Below, piece by piece: positions 28,901-37,498 of a DNA stretch of 64,000 nt. Each line of letters opens with the position of its first letter. The first letter of the stretch is position 1. The position numbers and the translations under genes were made by a program. The stretch comes from Pseudomonadota bacterium (GTDB lineage: Bacteria; Bdellovibrionota_B; Oligoflexia; Silvanigrellales; Silvanigrellaceae). The notes under the pieces are model-generated. The model was not told where the DNA came from and did not search any database. It worked only from the letters and a program-made list of their open reading frames with translations. The stretch spans positions 64,001-128,000 of the forward strand of contig JBDLRP010000041.1 of NCBI GenBank assembly GCA_039799905.1, given 5' to 3'.

Positions 28901-31556
28901 TGCAGACAACCCAACACTCACTGCAGAGCTTGTTGGCAGCGGACCAAGCTCAGGAACACTGACAGGATTTCCAGTCACTCTGACCTCCGGAGGCACGGCA
29001 CAAACCGTGACTTATGCGCCCACAGCGGGTCAGCTGGGTGTCTTCACTTTCCAATACAGAGTCTGCGATGCTGCCCCGCTTTGCACGGAAGTCAAAACTG
29101 TTTCAATTGAAGTGCTTGGCAAAACTCCCGTGCTCAATGGTGCCGCGCTGAACAGCAGCTTCAACGTTGAGACTTCGGAAAGCGTCTCGATTGCTCTTGA
29201 CGGTGTGATTGATCCGGATGCCGTGCGGCTCGCCCAAAGCCTCAGCTACACAGTCACACTGACAAACAGCCTCGGCACTGCGCCGACAGGATTTGCGGCT
29301 GCGACCACCGGCACGGGTTCTGTCACCTTCACTGCCGGCGCAAGCAGCGGAGTTGAAGTCCTAAAGTACAAAGCATGCGATTCAAATGCGACTCCCAACT
29401 GCAGCTCTGAAAAATCAGTGACAATTAACATCGGAACGGCAAACAGTCCGTTCGAGGTGACGGCCGGAAGCAGAAGCGTTGCCATCGGAAATGCAAACAC
29501 AGGAACCGTTACACTCGGACAATTTGCGGATCCAATTACACCTGCAGCAACACTTGTTTACGTTGTCACGCAAAACGCTGCACGCCTTTCGAGTGTCAGC
29601 GGACTCAACCCCGCAACAGGAACGCAGACGGTCACCTACAGCCGACCTGATCAATCTGCAGGAACTGAGGTTGTCGCTTACAAAGCCTGTACAACGGGTG
29701 TCACTCCACAGCGATGTTCACCTGAGATTGTTGTTGAGGTCAGCCGGACGACCGACATTGCCGCCCCCACTCTGGCGGGTGGTGATTCACTTGTGGTCAT
29801 CAGCGAAACTGCCGGCACCGGCGGAGGCTCAGTCAATATTTCATTGGCGGGAGCCACATCCGCTGGACATCCGGAGTTCACCTTGACGTACAGTCTTGTG
29901 CAGGGCCCACAAAACAGAACCGGAGTCGCGTTGGTCGACGGCCCCGTCGCAACGCTCGCGACACTACCCGCCAATGCAAACGCCACGACCACTACGGTGA
30001 GCTACACACTACGCAACGATCTCTTTGCAGGAACATCCGACCAAATCATCTATCAGGTCTGCCAGAATTCAACACCTATCCTCTGCTCAAGTAGAACAGT
30101 TTCAATTGCAGTGATTGCAGCCAACGACCCAACAACGGGAACGATCTCAACCCTCGATTCCAATACTCCGCCGCTCAAACTGACAGGCGCAGAAAGTGGC
30201 AGCAAAACTTTCAACATGAATCTCACGCTTGCAGACAGCGACAGCATTGTTGCCTGCAACAGCGTGACGGTTATCTCGTCGGCGCCAAGCCTGATCGCCG
30301 CCTCGACTGTCAGTGAAGCAGGTCCATGCACGTTCACACTCACCTCGACTGCAGGACTCTCCGGTGATGCGGATATCACTTTGCAGCTCGGTGGTTCGAC
30401 GATGAAAATCAACGCGGACCAAACTTCATTCCGCACAAGTGTTCTTGCACTCGATAACTCTTCTCCCAAACGTGCCATCCATGTTTGCAACGGCTCGAGC
30501 GTGATAGTCGGACAAGGGCCTGACTCTTCCAACCAATCCATCGACGGTATTGCAGCCTGCAAAGATTTTGTTGACTCGGGCTGGGACGCGACTGTCGCGC
30601 TCAATGAGAATCAATATTTCCGTTCTATCGACCGCAGTAAACTGCCTGATCCGCGCAATTATTGCATTGGCTTCAAACTGTTCGGGTTTCAGGGCATGGC
30701 GCTGTGCGGCAATGGAAGCGAGCCGCTCAACCTGCACCGCAACGTCGGCACTCTGCTGGTGAATGCATCCACAGAGCCCGCAACGGGTTATCGATTGTTT
30801 CCCGATCCAGTGAAAGATCATGACGGACAAACCGTCGGAACGTCAGGCATCAAAAAATTGCTGACACGTCCGGCCAATCCGTGCGGAACCTCCGGTGCGA
30901 CAGTTGCATCACGCATTGTTGATTGTTCCGTGCAAAATCCAACGACTTCTTTTTGGGACGGCAGCGTTAAAGGAAACACCGGCCAAGGGCTCTGGCGTCT
31001 TGTGACGGTCAAAGCCATAGCCGACGGCGATTGTGCGTCGGGCTGCACCGAAGTGTGGCGGGACGAACGCACAGGATTGCTGTGGAGCGACGTGATTGTC
31101 GACAACAGCGCAGATGCTGTCGACACCTACAACTGGTGCAAGGCATCGGGCAACAGCAACGCAGCAGATGCCCCCAGTCAGGAAATTGATGCAACAGTAT
31201 GTGCAAGCGCGGCAAATCAAAACCAGACAACCCCTACCAGCGTATGTGCAGAGGATGACGTCGCCCCTAGTGTTTTCGCCCTTCTCGATGCAAGGCAACT
31301 GCTCTCGCTCGGCGACCTGAGATTGAACACGACGCCTAAAGTCCGCTGGTGGTTGCCGAGCCGCGCCGATTATTTGCGTGCAGAACGGCACGGTCTGCGC
31401 TTTGTCTTGCCCAACTTCAACAATGAATTCTGGACGGCAACGGTCAGCAGTGCGGCCTCAGGCAACGCTTGGACATTTGATGGCGGAGCCGGAGGAAAAT
31501 TATCGACGGCCGCGCGCACTGCCAGCAAAAAAGTGCGCTGCGTGGGGTCACCATGA
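25950..31556 (+). CDS. Giant surface lipoprotein/adhesin: helical N-region, Ig-like (Big_9/cadherin) repeats, C-terminal DUF1566/Lcl-like domain
   Basis: FAAC lipobox; repeated Y/FxxC...C Ig modules, PVNDAP linkers, cadherin-like TDPDSDDSFTY...DFDTK; C-terminal WRDERTGLLWS...WWLPSR...FWTAT...AW...VRCV. ORF is open from 25869. Confidence 0.85.
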   Translation: MSRRLSFLVLICLGIFFAACSSKAKVKYESLDRKETQDKINAVGNSAEAAELFKKLSDQLSEEERKPLNEMISVIIDRTPSKAEKNFTVVAVLKAAESIRSTATLRANFKNLVEQMLELSKFFDESLKAIADGLAVAAGENKTVFLSQAEFLRKRAIAQTDLLLTIESLLSKVNSEGVLASSGAWGSLPADVTAAKDYLEILFKIAASASAQDVAKWIDRTKDENISALLLQGIRPISANDSQLPFMVKVQNVIPQDTLLIFNSLMAVYTSDATAQNTKVSLAEALKKSLVLKSALQPSFFALTAESLKRTNSQIFLNALADSIDRTGGEGFFLQPQYTTRNLSAFVIPGCVLPGSSGESVTFSFSWKKSGNVILEFTPPSTVRQNSAGVLFEVDAQAQCSVRVFVSGNQVAELNSELVTVRSAAPSFASGDPPIVQSFAIKKSGSFLYKVNEQDAIADINTFYRVTTQPQHGSVSQSEVGFFDYRPIANYVGADSFGFVACNPDDVCSSEKLITFNISEGNLSPQLERFIIPPQNKLGAGIAMSQSSVLTDVQVVVIDDDILTSSCAVPNVIVTSGNLAVIPQANIEISGTYPFCKLKLTPAAGPGGLGSATLTLKLDDQINPPVTSDFNVTVFSSTPQFVLPEAPTTFTVNKNSGANTLQLSALVDPDAALFTTPQTTTYSVTSSPALGSVSAASTVPAAGFGSITYTTPSSQPNTQANQTTSFSYLACDNSSTPNCSPTRTVSVNIINNPPTISAIGDLSFNEDTLSTVQSFTISDPDDTRSCADFNSAGNKISSDTTIIPTSGIIVGGTGTNCTVQIDSEANGSGGPVTVTLSLPHTVPVQRSFSVTVLPVNDAPTAVQLSNATIVENNLANAFIGTLSTTDPDSDDSFTYTLGGADAAAFTISGSNLLINAPADFDTKSSFAITITSTDADGLSIAGVPFTITVININESPAFTSTGETLVQVSEQEVNRTITLATATDADNPTLTAELVGSGPSSGTLTGFPVTLTSGGTAQTVTYAPTAGQLGVFTFQYRVCDAAPLCTEVKTVSIEVLGKTPVLNGAALNSSFNVETSESVSIALDGVIDPDAVRLAQSLSYTVTLTNSLGTAPTGFAAATTGTGSVTFTAGASSGVEVLKYKACDSNATPNCSSEKSVTINIGTANSPFEVTAGSRSVAIGNANTGTVTLGQFADPITPAATLVYVVTQNAARLSSVSGLNPATGTQTVTYSRPDQSAGTEVVAYKACTTGVTPQRCSPEIVVEVSRTTDIAAPTLAGGDSLVVISETAGTGGGSVNISLAGATSAGHPEFTLTYSLVQGPQNRTGVALVDGPVATLATLPANANATTTTVSYTLRNDLFAGTSDQIIYQVCQNSTPILCSSRTVSIAVIAANDPTTGTISTLDSNTPPLKLTGAESGSKTFNMNLTLADSDSIVACNSVTVISSAPSLIAASTVSEAGPCTFTLTSTAGLSGDADITLQLGGSTMKINADQTSFRTSVLALDNSSPKRAIHVCNGSSVIVGQGPDSSNQSIDGIAACKDFVDSGWDATVALNENQYFRSIDRSKLPDPRNYCIGFKLFGFQGMALCGNGSEPLNLHRNVGTLLVNASTEPATGYRLFPDPVKDHDGQTVGTSGIKKLLTRPANPCGTSGATVASRIVDCSVQNPTTSFWDGSVKGNTGQGLWRLVTVKAIADGDCASGCTEVWRDERTGLLWSDVIVDNSADAVDTYNWCKASGNSNAADAPSQEIDATVCASAANQNQTTPTSVCAEDDVAPSVFALLDARQLLSLGDLRLNTTPKVRWWLPSRADYLRAERHGLRFVLPNFNNEFWTATVSSAASGNAWTFDGGAGGKLSTAARTASKKVRCVGSP

Positions 31557-32743
31557 AAACAATCAACATTCAAAAAAATAAATTTCTCAGAACGGGTGGA
31601 CTGACACTCATGCTAATGTCCGCTGTCGGATTGCTGATGCTCACGCAGGCCAAAGCCGTCACAGCCGCAGACATTTGCAAACAACAAACAATCTTCGGAA
31701 TTGTCGGTACAAAATCATGTGTGGGGCAGGACGACGGCAATGGTGTTGTGCCTGCAGTGAGCACACTCACCAGTGTTGAAAACTTACCCAATGTGCCAGC
31801 GGTTTTTTCTGCAACCGATCCAACAGGTGCCAGCGAACTTGCAAAGGTCTGCAATTCGCAAAATCTGTTGGGTGATGCAGGAACGGCAGTCTGCAGCAAA
31901 CGCGCTGCCATGAACCACCGCAACAAAGCCGGAACGCAGTCTGTGCTGAGCGAAGATTTTACGACAACAGCTCCCAACGGCAGGCTCGTTGCGCAGGTGA
32001 AAGATGACGACGGCGGGAATGGCACGAACGTCAATAAATTCAATCGCACAGGGCTTAAAGTCTGCGGAACAAACGCCCCACATGACACGCTTGCGGAGAA
32101 AATTGCTGATTGCCTTTCTCAAAATGGCGAAGCAAAATCCAGCTGGGCCGGCATCGACGGCAATGCGGGCGAAGGCAACTGGACACTCGTGCAAGTGCTC
32201 GATACCGACGGTACAGCAGACGATGATGGAACTCTTTGCGATCCCGCAGGCACTCCCGCTGCAACCTGCACCGAAATTTGGCGCGACGATCGCACCGGGT
32301 TGCTGTGGTCGGACCGTGTCAGCGACGAAGCGACCGACGTCAATTGGTGCAAAGCAAGCGGAGCCAACAGCGGTACAACGTGTGCAGACGTAGCCAACCA
32401 GCCGGACCCTCCCGAGAGCCTTTGTGCGGAGGGGGGCACTCCTGCGCGAACGATCGGTGCTTCATTCAACGGTGCCAAAGGAGGCTTTAGGCTTTCAACG
32501 GGAACAATCAACGTGCGCTGGTGGCTGCCCACCCGTGCCGACTGGATGCAGGCCGAAGAAAATGGAATCCGCTTTGTGCTGCCCAACATCGCCGGCGATT
32601 ATTGGACCTCGACCACAGATTCATCCGACCCCAACAACAAAGCATGGATTTTCAAAAACAGCAGCAACGCAGGCGGCGGATTTGAAACTTTCAATAAGAC
32701 GGGAGTGGATATCTCGACACGCTGCATTGGACAAGCTCTGTAA
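31553..32743 (+). CDS. Secreted DUF1566/Lcl-like protein, paralogous to the adhesin C-terminus
   Basis: Sec signal ending AKA; WRDDRTGLLWS...WWLPTR...YWTST...AW...TRCI; ATGA overlap with the adhesin. Confidence 0.85.
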   Translation: MKTINIQKNKFLRTGGLTLMLMSAVGLLMLTQAKAVTAADICKQQTIFGIVGTKSCVGQDDGNGVVPAVSTLTSVENLPNVPAVFSATDPTGASELAKVCNSQNLLGDAGTAVCSKRAAMNHRNKAGTQSVLSEDFTTTAPNGRLVAQVKDDDGGNGTNVNKFNRTGLKVCGTNAPHDTLAEKIADCLSQNGEAKSSWAGIDGNAGEGNWTLVQVLDTDGTADDDGTLCDPAGTPAATCTEIWRDDRTGLLWSDRVSDEATDVNWCKASGANSGTTCADVANQPDPPESLCAEGGTPARTIGASFNGAKGGFRLSTGTINVRWWLPTRADWMQAEENGIRFVLPNIAGDYWTSTTDSSDPNNKAWIFKNSSNAGGGFETFNKTGVDISTRCIGQAL

Positions 32744-32794
32744 AAATTTCATCGACAAAAAGTAAAAGCAAATGCACCATGCACAGATTTTCTT

Positions 32795-34210
32795 TCAAGG
32801 TGCAAATTCAACACCAAAGTGTTGCAGATGAGCCATGAATGCCGGTGCTGTTTTTTGCATGCATTGCGGCTCTTCAACGCGCACACCGCGTGCCCATGCT
32901 GCAAACACAAGTCCGCTCAAGGCAAAGCGATGATCATGATGTGTCGGCCACGAGCCGACAACCTGCTCGGCCTTGAGTTGCGCGCGGACGGCAAAACCAT
33001 CTTTGCGTTCTTCAACAGGAATGCCGAGCGCGCTGCAGTTTTGACAAAACGCTGCAATGCGATCGGATTCATGATGGCGGATATGCGCGATTCCTGAAAC
33101 TTCGACCGGAACACCGGTCACAAGCGACATGACTCCCACTGTCAGCGCCTGATCGCTGCAACGCGACAAATCGAGTTGCAACAAAGGGGCAGTCGCACTG
33201 CGACCGCGCGTACCGTAAACAGAAAATTGAGATGTCTGCACTTCAACAGAATAGCCAAATTTCTCGAGTAAACGGATGAACTCAAAATCGGGCTGAAGAG
33301 TGTTGCTGCCAAGATTGCCGACATGCAAATCAACTTTAAGCACACATGCCAATGCCGCATAATAGCAGGCCGTCGAGGCATCGGCCTCGACAGTGTAGTC
33401 GGCAGGCGGTGTCCATTCACCGGCATGCACGGTGAACTTTTCGAGCGAAACATCCGCGTCTATCTGGGCACCAAACTCGCGCAGCATTTGCAGAGTCATG
33501 CGCACATAGTCGGGCTGTACCAAATGATTGAGACGAATGATCCGCACTTCGTTGCGCGAGCCGGCAGCTGCCAAGAGCAGACCGCTGAGGAATTGTCCGG
33601 ACTGCGATCCATCAATACGGCAATATCCGGACAAGCGGGAAACACCCAAAGACAAGGGAAAAACCTTCGCATCCTGCTCCTCTATCCGAGCCCCCAACTC
33701 TCTGAGGGCATCGAGAATGGGTGTGAGCGGACGCCGCGCCAGCTGTTCATGTGCCGAAAGTTGAAAGCGGTTGATCGATGAATCCGGATACACTCTGTTC
33801 CAATTGAGCAGCACTGCAGGCAAAAATCGTGCAAGAGTACCCGCCTGTCCGACGTGAATCTGAACACCGTTGGCCACTGATGCGCTGTTGTGACTTGCTT
33901 TTGATTCCGCAGGAGGCCGCACCAGACAGGCCTCTGGCAGTCGGCTCACATCCAATCGGAAACCGAGCTGCTGCAAGGCAAGAAACCCCCACCAAGTGTC
34001 GTCGGCCAAAAGGGGAGCATGTATCCGGATGGCACGGCCGGCCAGAGCGGCGAGCACTATCGCACGGTTGGTGAAACTTTTTGAACCCGTGACAGAGACG
34101 CGCCACTCACGTTGCGCGCATCCCAACACCCGCACCGACTTGCGCAGCGGTACAGGAATTTGCGCCTCAAACAAAACACGCTTGTCATGCAAACCGTCTG
34201 CAGCGCTCAA
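32795..34210 (-). CDS. aroA: 3-phosphoshikimate 1-carboxyvinyltransferase (EPSP synthase)
   Basis: GSKSFTNRA, GQAGTLARF, SGQFLSGLLL, VEADAS, RHHESDRI, HHDHR. Confidence 0.93.
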   Translation of the reverse strand: MSAADGLHDKRVLFEAQIPVPLRKSVRVLGCAQREWRVSVTGSKSFTNRAIVLAALAGRAIRIHAPLLADDTWWGFLALQQLGFRLDVSRLPEACLVRPPAESKASHNSASVANGVQIHVGQAGTLARFLPAVLLNWNRVYPDSSINRFQLSAHEQLARRPLTPILDALRELGARIEEQDAKVFPLSLGVSRLSGYCRIDGSQSGQFLSGLLLAAAGSRNEVRIIRLNHLVQPDYVRMTLQMLREFGAQIDADVSLEKFTVHAGEWTPPADYTVEADASTACYYAALACVLKVDLHVGNLGSNTLQPDFEFIRLLEKFGYSVEVQTSQFSVYGTRGRSATAPLLQLDLSRCSDQALTVGVMSLVTGVPVEVSGIAHIRHHESDRIAAFCQNCSALGIPVEERKDGFAVRAQLKAEQVVGSWPTHHDHRFALSGLVFAAWARGVRVEEPQCMQKTAPAFMAHLQHFGVEFAP

Positions 34211-34258
34211 ACGCAGAGTACCTCACACAAAGAGCCGCGCCGACCCGCACGCGGCGGA

Positions 34259-34927
34259 TTAAAGATTGAGAACCTTGATGCCTTCGGGAGACTTCAGCAG
34301 CCGAGCTTCTGTGCAGGCCTGCAGATCGTCAAAGTTCATTCCCGAGATGATTTCGGTGACCACCAGACCCTCGGGCGTCACAACCATTACAGCGCGATCG
34401 GAGATCACCTTTTTCACGCATCGCTTGCCCGTGAGCGGCAGCTTGCACTGCTTAAGCACTTTGGCACTGCCATCTGGAGCGCAATGCTGCATGACCACAA
34501 CCACGTTCGGAGAGCCAGCCACCAGGTCCATGGCTCCACCCATACCCTTGACCATTTTTCCAGGGATCATCCAATTGGCGATGTCACCCTGTTCAGACAC
34601 TTCCATCGCACCGAGAATGGTAAGGTCAATGTGCCCACCGCGGATCATCGCAAATGAATCGGCAGAGGAAAAAATAGATGCGCCCTGCGTCAATGTGACG
34701 GTTTGTTTGCCGGCGTTGATGAGGTCAGCCCGTTCAAACCCGGCTGCCGGAAACGCACCCATGCCGAGGATGCCATTTTCAGACTGCAGAGTGATGTTCA
34801 TGTCCGGCTTGATTTCGTTGGCGACCAGCGTGGGAATGCCAATTCCAAGATTCACATACATTCCGGCTCGGAGTTCAGCCGCAGCGCGACGGGCGAGTTG
34901 CTCACGCGACAAAAGTTTCAAAGTCAT
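34259..34927 (-). CDS. scoB: 3-oxoacid CoA-transferase subunit B
   Basis: VNLGIGIPT, QSENG (catalytic Glu), KGMGGAMDLV; start MTLKLL after AAGGA. Confidence 0.93.
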   Translation of the reverse strand: MTLKLLSREQLARRAAAELRAGMYVNLGIGIPTLVANEIKPDMNITLQSENGILGMGAFPAAGFERADLINAGKQTVTLTQGASIFSSADSFAMIRGGHIDLTILGAMEVSEQGDIANWMIPGKMVKGMGGAMDLVAGSPNVVVVMQHCAPDGSAKVLKQCKLPLTGKRCVKKVISDRAVMVVTPEGLVVTEIISGMNFDDLQACTEARLLKSPEGIKVLNL

Positions 34928-34946
34928 GGTTGTGTCCTTTCCCTGC

Positions 34947-35660
34947 TCATACCCGCGGCTGTACCGTGCGCTGTTCGATGCGTTTTTCATAGCCGCGGCC
35001 AAGCAGCAGACGCTTCACATAAACGGCCGGAGTGTGGATCGCGAGCGGATTCATTTCACCTTCGCCAACAAGCTCCTCGACTTCAGCAATCGTGACTTTG
35101 GCTGCCGTCGCCATCATCGGATTAAAGTTCATGGCCGTCATGTTGTACTGGATGTTGCCGAACGAGTCGGCACGCCAGCCTTTAATGAGTGCGAAATCTG
35201 CCTTCAACGCGCGTTCCAGAACATATTCGCGGCCGTCGAAAACTTTGGTTTCTTTGCCCTCGGCGACAAGCGTCCCAACACCCGTGGGAGTGTAGAAGGC
35301 CGGAATGCCCGCACCGCCCGCACGGATTCGTTCGGCCAGCGTGCCTTGCGGGATGAGGTCAACCTGCAACTGACCCGACAAGAACTGCTTTTCGAAAATC
35401 TTGTTTTCACCAACATAACTCGAGATCATTTTACGGATCTGGCCGGTCTGCAGAAGTTTGCCGAGTCCGAAATCATCGACACCAGCGTTGTTGGAAATGC
35501 ACGTGAGGTCTTTTACTCCCTTCACGCGCAGGGCTTCGATCAGGTGTTCCGGAATTCCACACAGACCAAAACCACCCACCATCAGTGTGGCGCCGTCTTG
35601 AATGTCATGGATGGCTTCGAGGGCCGACTCAAAAAGTTTAGACTTCCACTGACTGCTCAT
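34947..35660 (-). CDS. scoA: 3-oxoacid CoA-transferase subunit A
   Basis: VGGFGLCGIPE, SYVGEN, PQGTLAERIRAGGAGIPAFYT. Confidence 0.95.
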   Translation of the reverse strand: MSSQWKSKLFESALEAIHDIQDGATLMVGGFGLCGIPEHLIEALRVKGVKDLTCISNNAGVDDFGLGKLLQTGQIRKMISSYVGENKIFEKQFLSGQLQVDLIPQGTLAERIRAGGAGIPAFYTPTGVGTLVAEGKETKVFDGREYVLERALKADFALIKGWRADSFGNIQYNMTAMNFNPMMATAAKVTIAEVEELVGEGEMNPLAIHTPAVYVKRLLLGRGYEKRIEQRTVQPRV

Positions 35661-36997
35661 TGCGCCACTACCTCACGCAAACGATGTCCGTTCTTCTTCA
35701 CAAAAATTCTTAGCCCGCCAAATGCGAATCCGGCGAATGCTCCCAAAAACGCACCCAGTACGAGCGCGATTTTTCGTTTGCTGACAGGCTGCTCGATGGT
35801 CATTGCCGCACCGTTGAGGCTTGCCGAAATGAGAGTCGGCATCAGTGGAATTCCTGCCCGCATGGCATCTTTGCCCTGCTGCTTTCGCAATCCGCCGGCA
35901 GCTGCCAATTTCTCGGCCTCGCGCCGCGCGAGCGGAATCAATACGAAAATCTCTTCGCGTATTTGCTGGGCACGTTGGACTGTGTCGTTCGCCTCATCCG
36001 GCTTCATGCGCCCTTCAGCAAGCAACAGGGCAACCATGCGATGCATCCGCTCGTATTGCGCCTGCACCGCAAATTGCTCCTGCGCCTCGGCCATAGCAGC
36101 ACCACCGGCGGTCAGATTGACGTTGAGTGCACGTAGATCGGCATCCGCAGCCGCCATAAAACTCGCGAACTCCGGAAGAGTGCGCGAAAGCTTGTTGAGC
36201 AACACTTCAATCTTCAAATAATCCTGCTTGGCCCTGAGGAGCTGTTCACGAAATTCGTCCTGCAATTCAATCGGCGTACCACCTGCTGCACCGGCAGCTC
36301 CCGCGGCGCCTGCGGCTCCCGCAGCAGCAGCTGCTGCGGGTTTTGCTGAGCCGTCCAGTTTTTCGGAATCGGCCGCTGATGCGACTCCCGAAAATGCATG
36401 CTGGATGGCTGCTGCGAAAACATCGCCCGAGCGCGTCGTCAATCCGGTCACAGGCAGACTCACGTCAAGAACGAAATCGCGCGGACTGGCTGACTCACGC
36501 AGCCTGAGCGGCGCTTTGTCGGGAGCAGCGCTCAGCGCCTGACTCGCTGCCAGCGATTCGTCAGTGAGACCAGCATCTTTAAAGACTCGCCCGAGTTCGG
36601 GCGACTGGTTGAACACAGACCGCCAAATCAGCCTCGCGGTGTCGGTCGAGTTAAGCGTGGCGTTGAACGTTTCCACAAACTTCTTGGCATCGGCCAGCTG
36701 GGGTTCACTTTTGTCCAGCGAAAGCGGGATTTGTGTCTTGTAGACGACGGGCAGAACGCGATAAGCGACAGCCGCACCGCCAATCAAGCCGATAATCAGT
36801 CCGGCAACAATCTCAAATTTTATCTTCCAAAAAAAACCGAGCAATTCGACCAAATCGATTTCGTCCGAGGGCGGCGGGTAGCCGTGCACCGGTTGACCGA
36901 GCGAAGAATTGTAGTGTCCTGAAGAAAACTGCGTCGGCTGGCCTGCAAGCGTGCCCGAGCCGTCAACTTGCCCGCTGGGCGGAGTAAATCCCGTCAT
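35657..36997 (-). CDS. Wzz/polysaccharide co-polymerase-like membrane protein
   Basis: DEIDLVELLGFFWK plus TM1, coiled-coil periplasmic part, C-terminal Gly-rich TM2 (LGAFLGAFAGFAFGG). Confidence 0.7.
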   Translation of the reverse strand: MTGFTPPSGQVDGSGTLAGQPTQFSSGHYNSSLGQPVHGYPPPSDEIDLVELLGFFWKIKFEIVAGLIIGLIGGAAVAYRVLPVVYKTQIPLSLDKSEPQLADAKKFVETFNATLNSTDTARLIWRSVFNQSPELGRVFKDAGLTDESLAASQALSAAPDKAPLRLRESASPRDFVLDVSLPVTGLTTRSGDVFAAAIQHAFSGVASAADSEKLDGSAKPAAAAAAGAAGAAGAAGAAGGTPIELQDEFREQLLRAKQDYLKIEVLLNKLSRTLPEFASFMAAADADLRALNVNLTAGGAAMAEAQEQFAVQAQYERMHRMVALLLAEGRMKPDEANDTVQRAQQIREEIFVLIPLARREAEKLAAAGGLRKQQGKDAMRAGIPLMPTLISASLNGAAMTIEQPVSKRKIALVLGAFLGAFAGFAFGGLRIFVKKNGHRLREVVAQ

Positions 36998-37015
36998 TGA
37001 AACCTCGTCGGAACA

Positions 37016-37498
37016 TCAATCCTGAAATGGATTCATCAAGCCAACCTCATAGCAGAAATCTTTCACAACGGGCAATTTCCATGCGACGAAGTCGCCGACG
37101 AGGGTCTGAAGGTCAACGAGTTCGGTCTTGATGAACTCACCCTCTGATTTCGACAGGTCAACACTCTCATGTGATGGAATTTCGACCAAAAACCACAGTT
37201 GTTCCTGCCCAAGATTGCGGCGTTCCGGATGTGAATGACGAACTTCTTCGGGAAAGACGTACCTGCGCCAAAAACGCGATTGCGACACGATCGTCACCAA
37301 CGTTGCGTCAATCCCGAGCTCCTCACGCATTTCGCGCAACAGTGCATCATGGACCGAGGCGTCCGAGGACTCAATTCCTCCCTGAACCGTTTGCCAGACG
37401 CCCGTCGGCTTGCTGCGCAGACAGCGTAAATATTTGTCACCGATGCGGATGAGAGCTGCGACATTGGGGCGAAAGGAATGGGGCTCATGGACTGTCAT
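37016..37498 (-). CDS. rppH: Nudix hydrolase, RppH-like
   Basis: FRPNV, WQTVQGGI...ALLREMREELG Nudix box, GQEQLWFL; start MTVHEP overlaps the end of lpxK. Confidence 0.75.
   Translation of the reverse strand: MTVHEPHSFRPNVAALIRIGDKYLRCLRSKPTGVWQTVQGGIESSDASVHDALLREMREELGIDATLVTIVSQSRFWRRYVFPEEVRHSHPERRNLGQEQLWFLVEIPSHESVDLSKSEGEFIKTELVDLQTLVGDFVAWKLPVVKDFCYEVGLMNPFQD

Noticed and set aside
31330..32743. Diversity-generating retroelement (two similar lectin-fold C-termini as TR/VR)
   Set aside because: The two copies differ at all base types, with synonymous changes and indels rather than adenine-specific changes. No reverse transcriptase or non-coding template repeat is in the window.
34266..36221. 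651-aa plus-strand ORF
   Set aside because: Antisense shadow of scoB/scoA/wzz-like genes, which carry clear motifs; it has no recognisable domain.
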